From Stegostoma tigrinum (taxonomy: Eukaryota), in assembly GCF_030684315.1 (NCBI RefSeq), contig NC_081376.1, positions 34,315,608 through 34,379,607 of the forward strand: a stretch of 64,000 bases of DNA. Reading direction: 5' to 3'. This document shows, one piece after another, positions 63,962 to 64,000 of this stretch; the first letter of the stretch is position 1; each line of letters opens with the position of its first letter. A program made the position numbers and the translations under genes. The notes below the pieces were generated by a model. It was not told the DNA's origin, made no database searches, and saw nothing but the letters and a program-made list of their open reading frames with translations.

Positions 63962-64000
63962 ATGGTCGAAACCATGGATATCCCTTCCGTGTTGGACCTG
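63962..64000 (+). CDS. OTOA: OTOA exon, truncated by window end
   Basis: CTACAG| MVETMDIPSVLDL; compare human MVQAEDTAPGIVEI; phase 0. Confidence 0.75.
   Translation, partial: MVETMDIPSVLDL

Larger units (their letters stand above)
45921..64000 (+). other. OTOA: OTOA (otoancorin) gene, first 14 coding exons (503 codons in window), continues past window end
   Basis: All exons join in frame across GT-AG introns; strong match to recalled human OTOA (YDNATKQLD.VYDITP, LGLLVCF, NQTLNE.L.S.SDA..GL). Confidence 0.95.

Overview
Vertebrate genomic DNA from a cartilaginous fish (shark-type HE1/V-SINEs, SacSINE1-like SINEs, CR1 LINEs, Penelope-like elements). Exons were mapped by hand from splice sites and from recalled human proteins. 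Gene order: last exon of an MFSD13/TMEM180-family gene (+); complete 5-exon METTL9 (+, 9219/9276-36224) with a CCAAT/ETS promoter; complete 6-exon IGSF6 (-, 34300-17772) nested in METTL9 intron 4; first 14 coding exons of OTOA (+, 45921 to window end). Main unexpected features: (1) a degraded ~2-kb endogenous viral relic at 38.7-40.85 kb (-) with an env/class I fusion-like frame, a downstream MGxxxSK ORF and an inverted partial duplicate; (2) several short fold-back Penelope-like insertions with hammerhead-like cores and 12-16 bp TSDs; (3) a METTL9 signal-like N-terminus that starts at GTG where human has ATG; (4) a 97%-identical inverted SINE pair inside the nested gene. No database searches were run, so family assignments rest on motif recognition.
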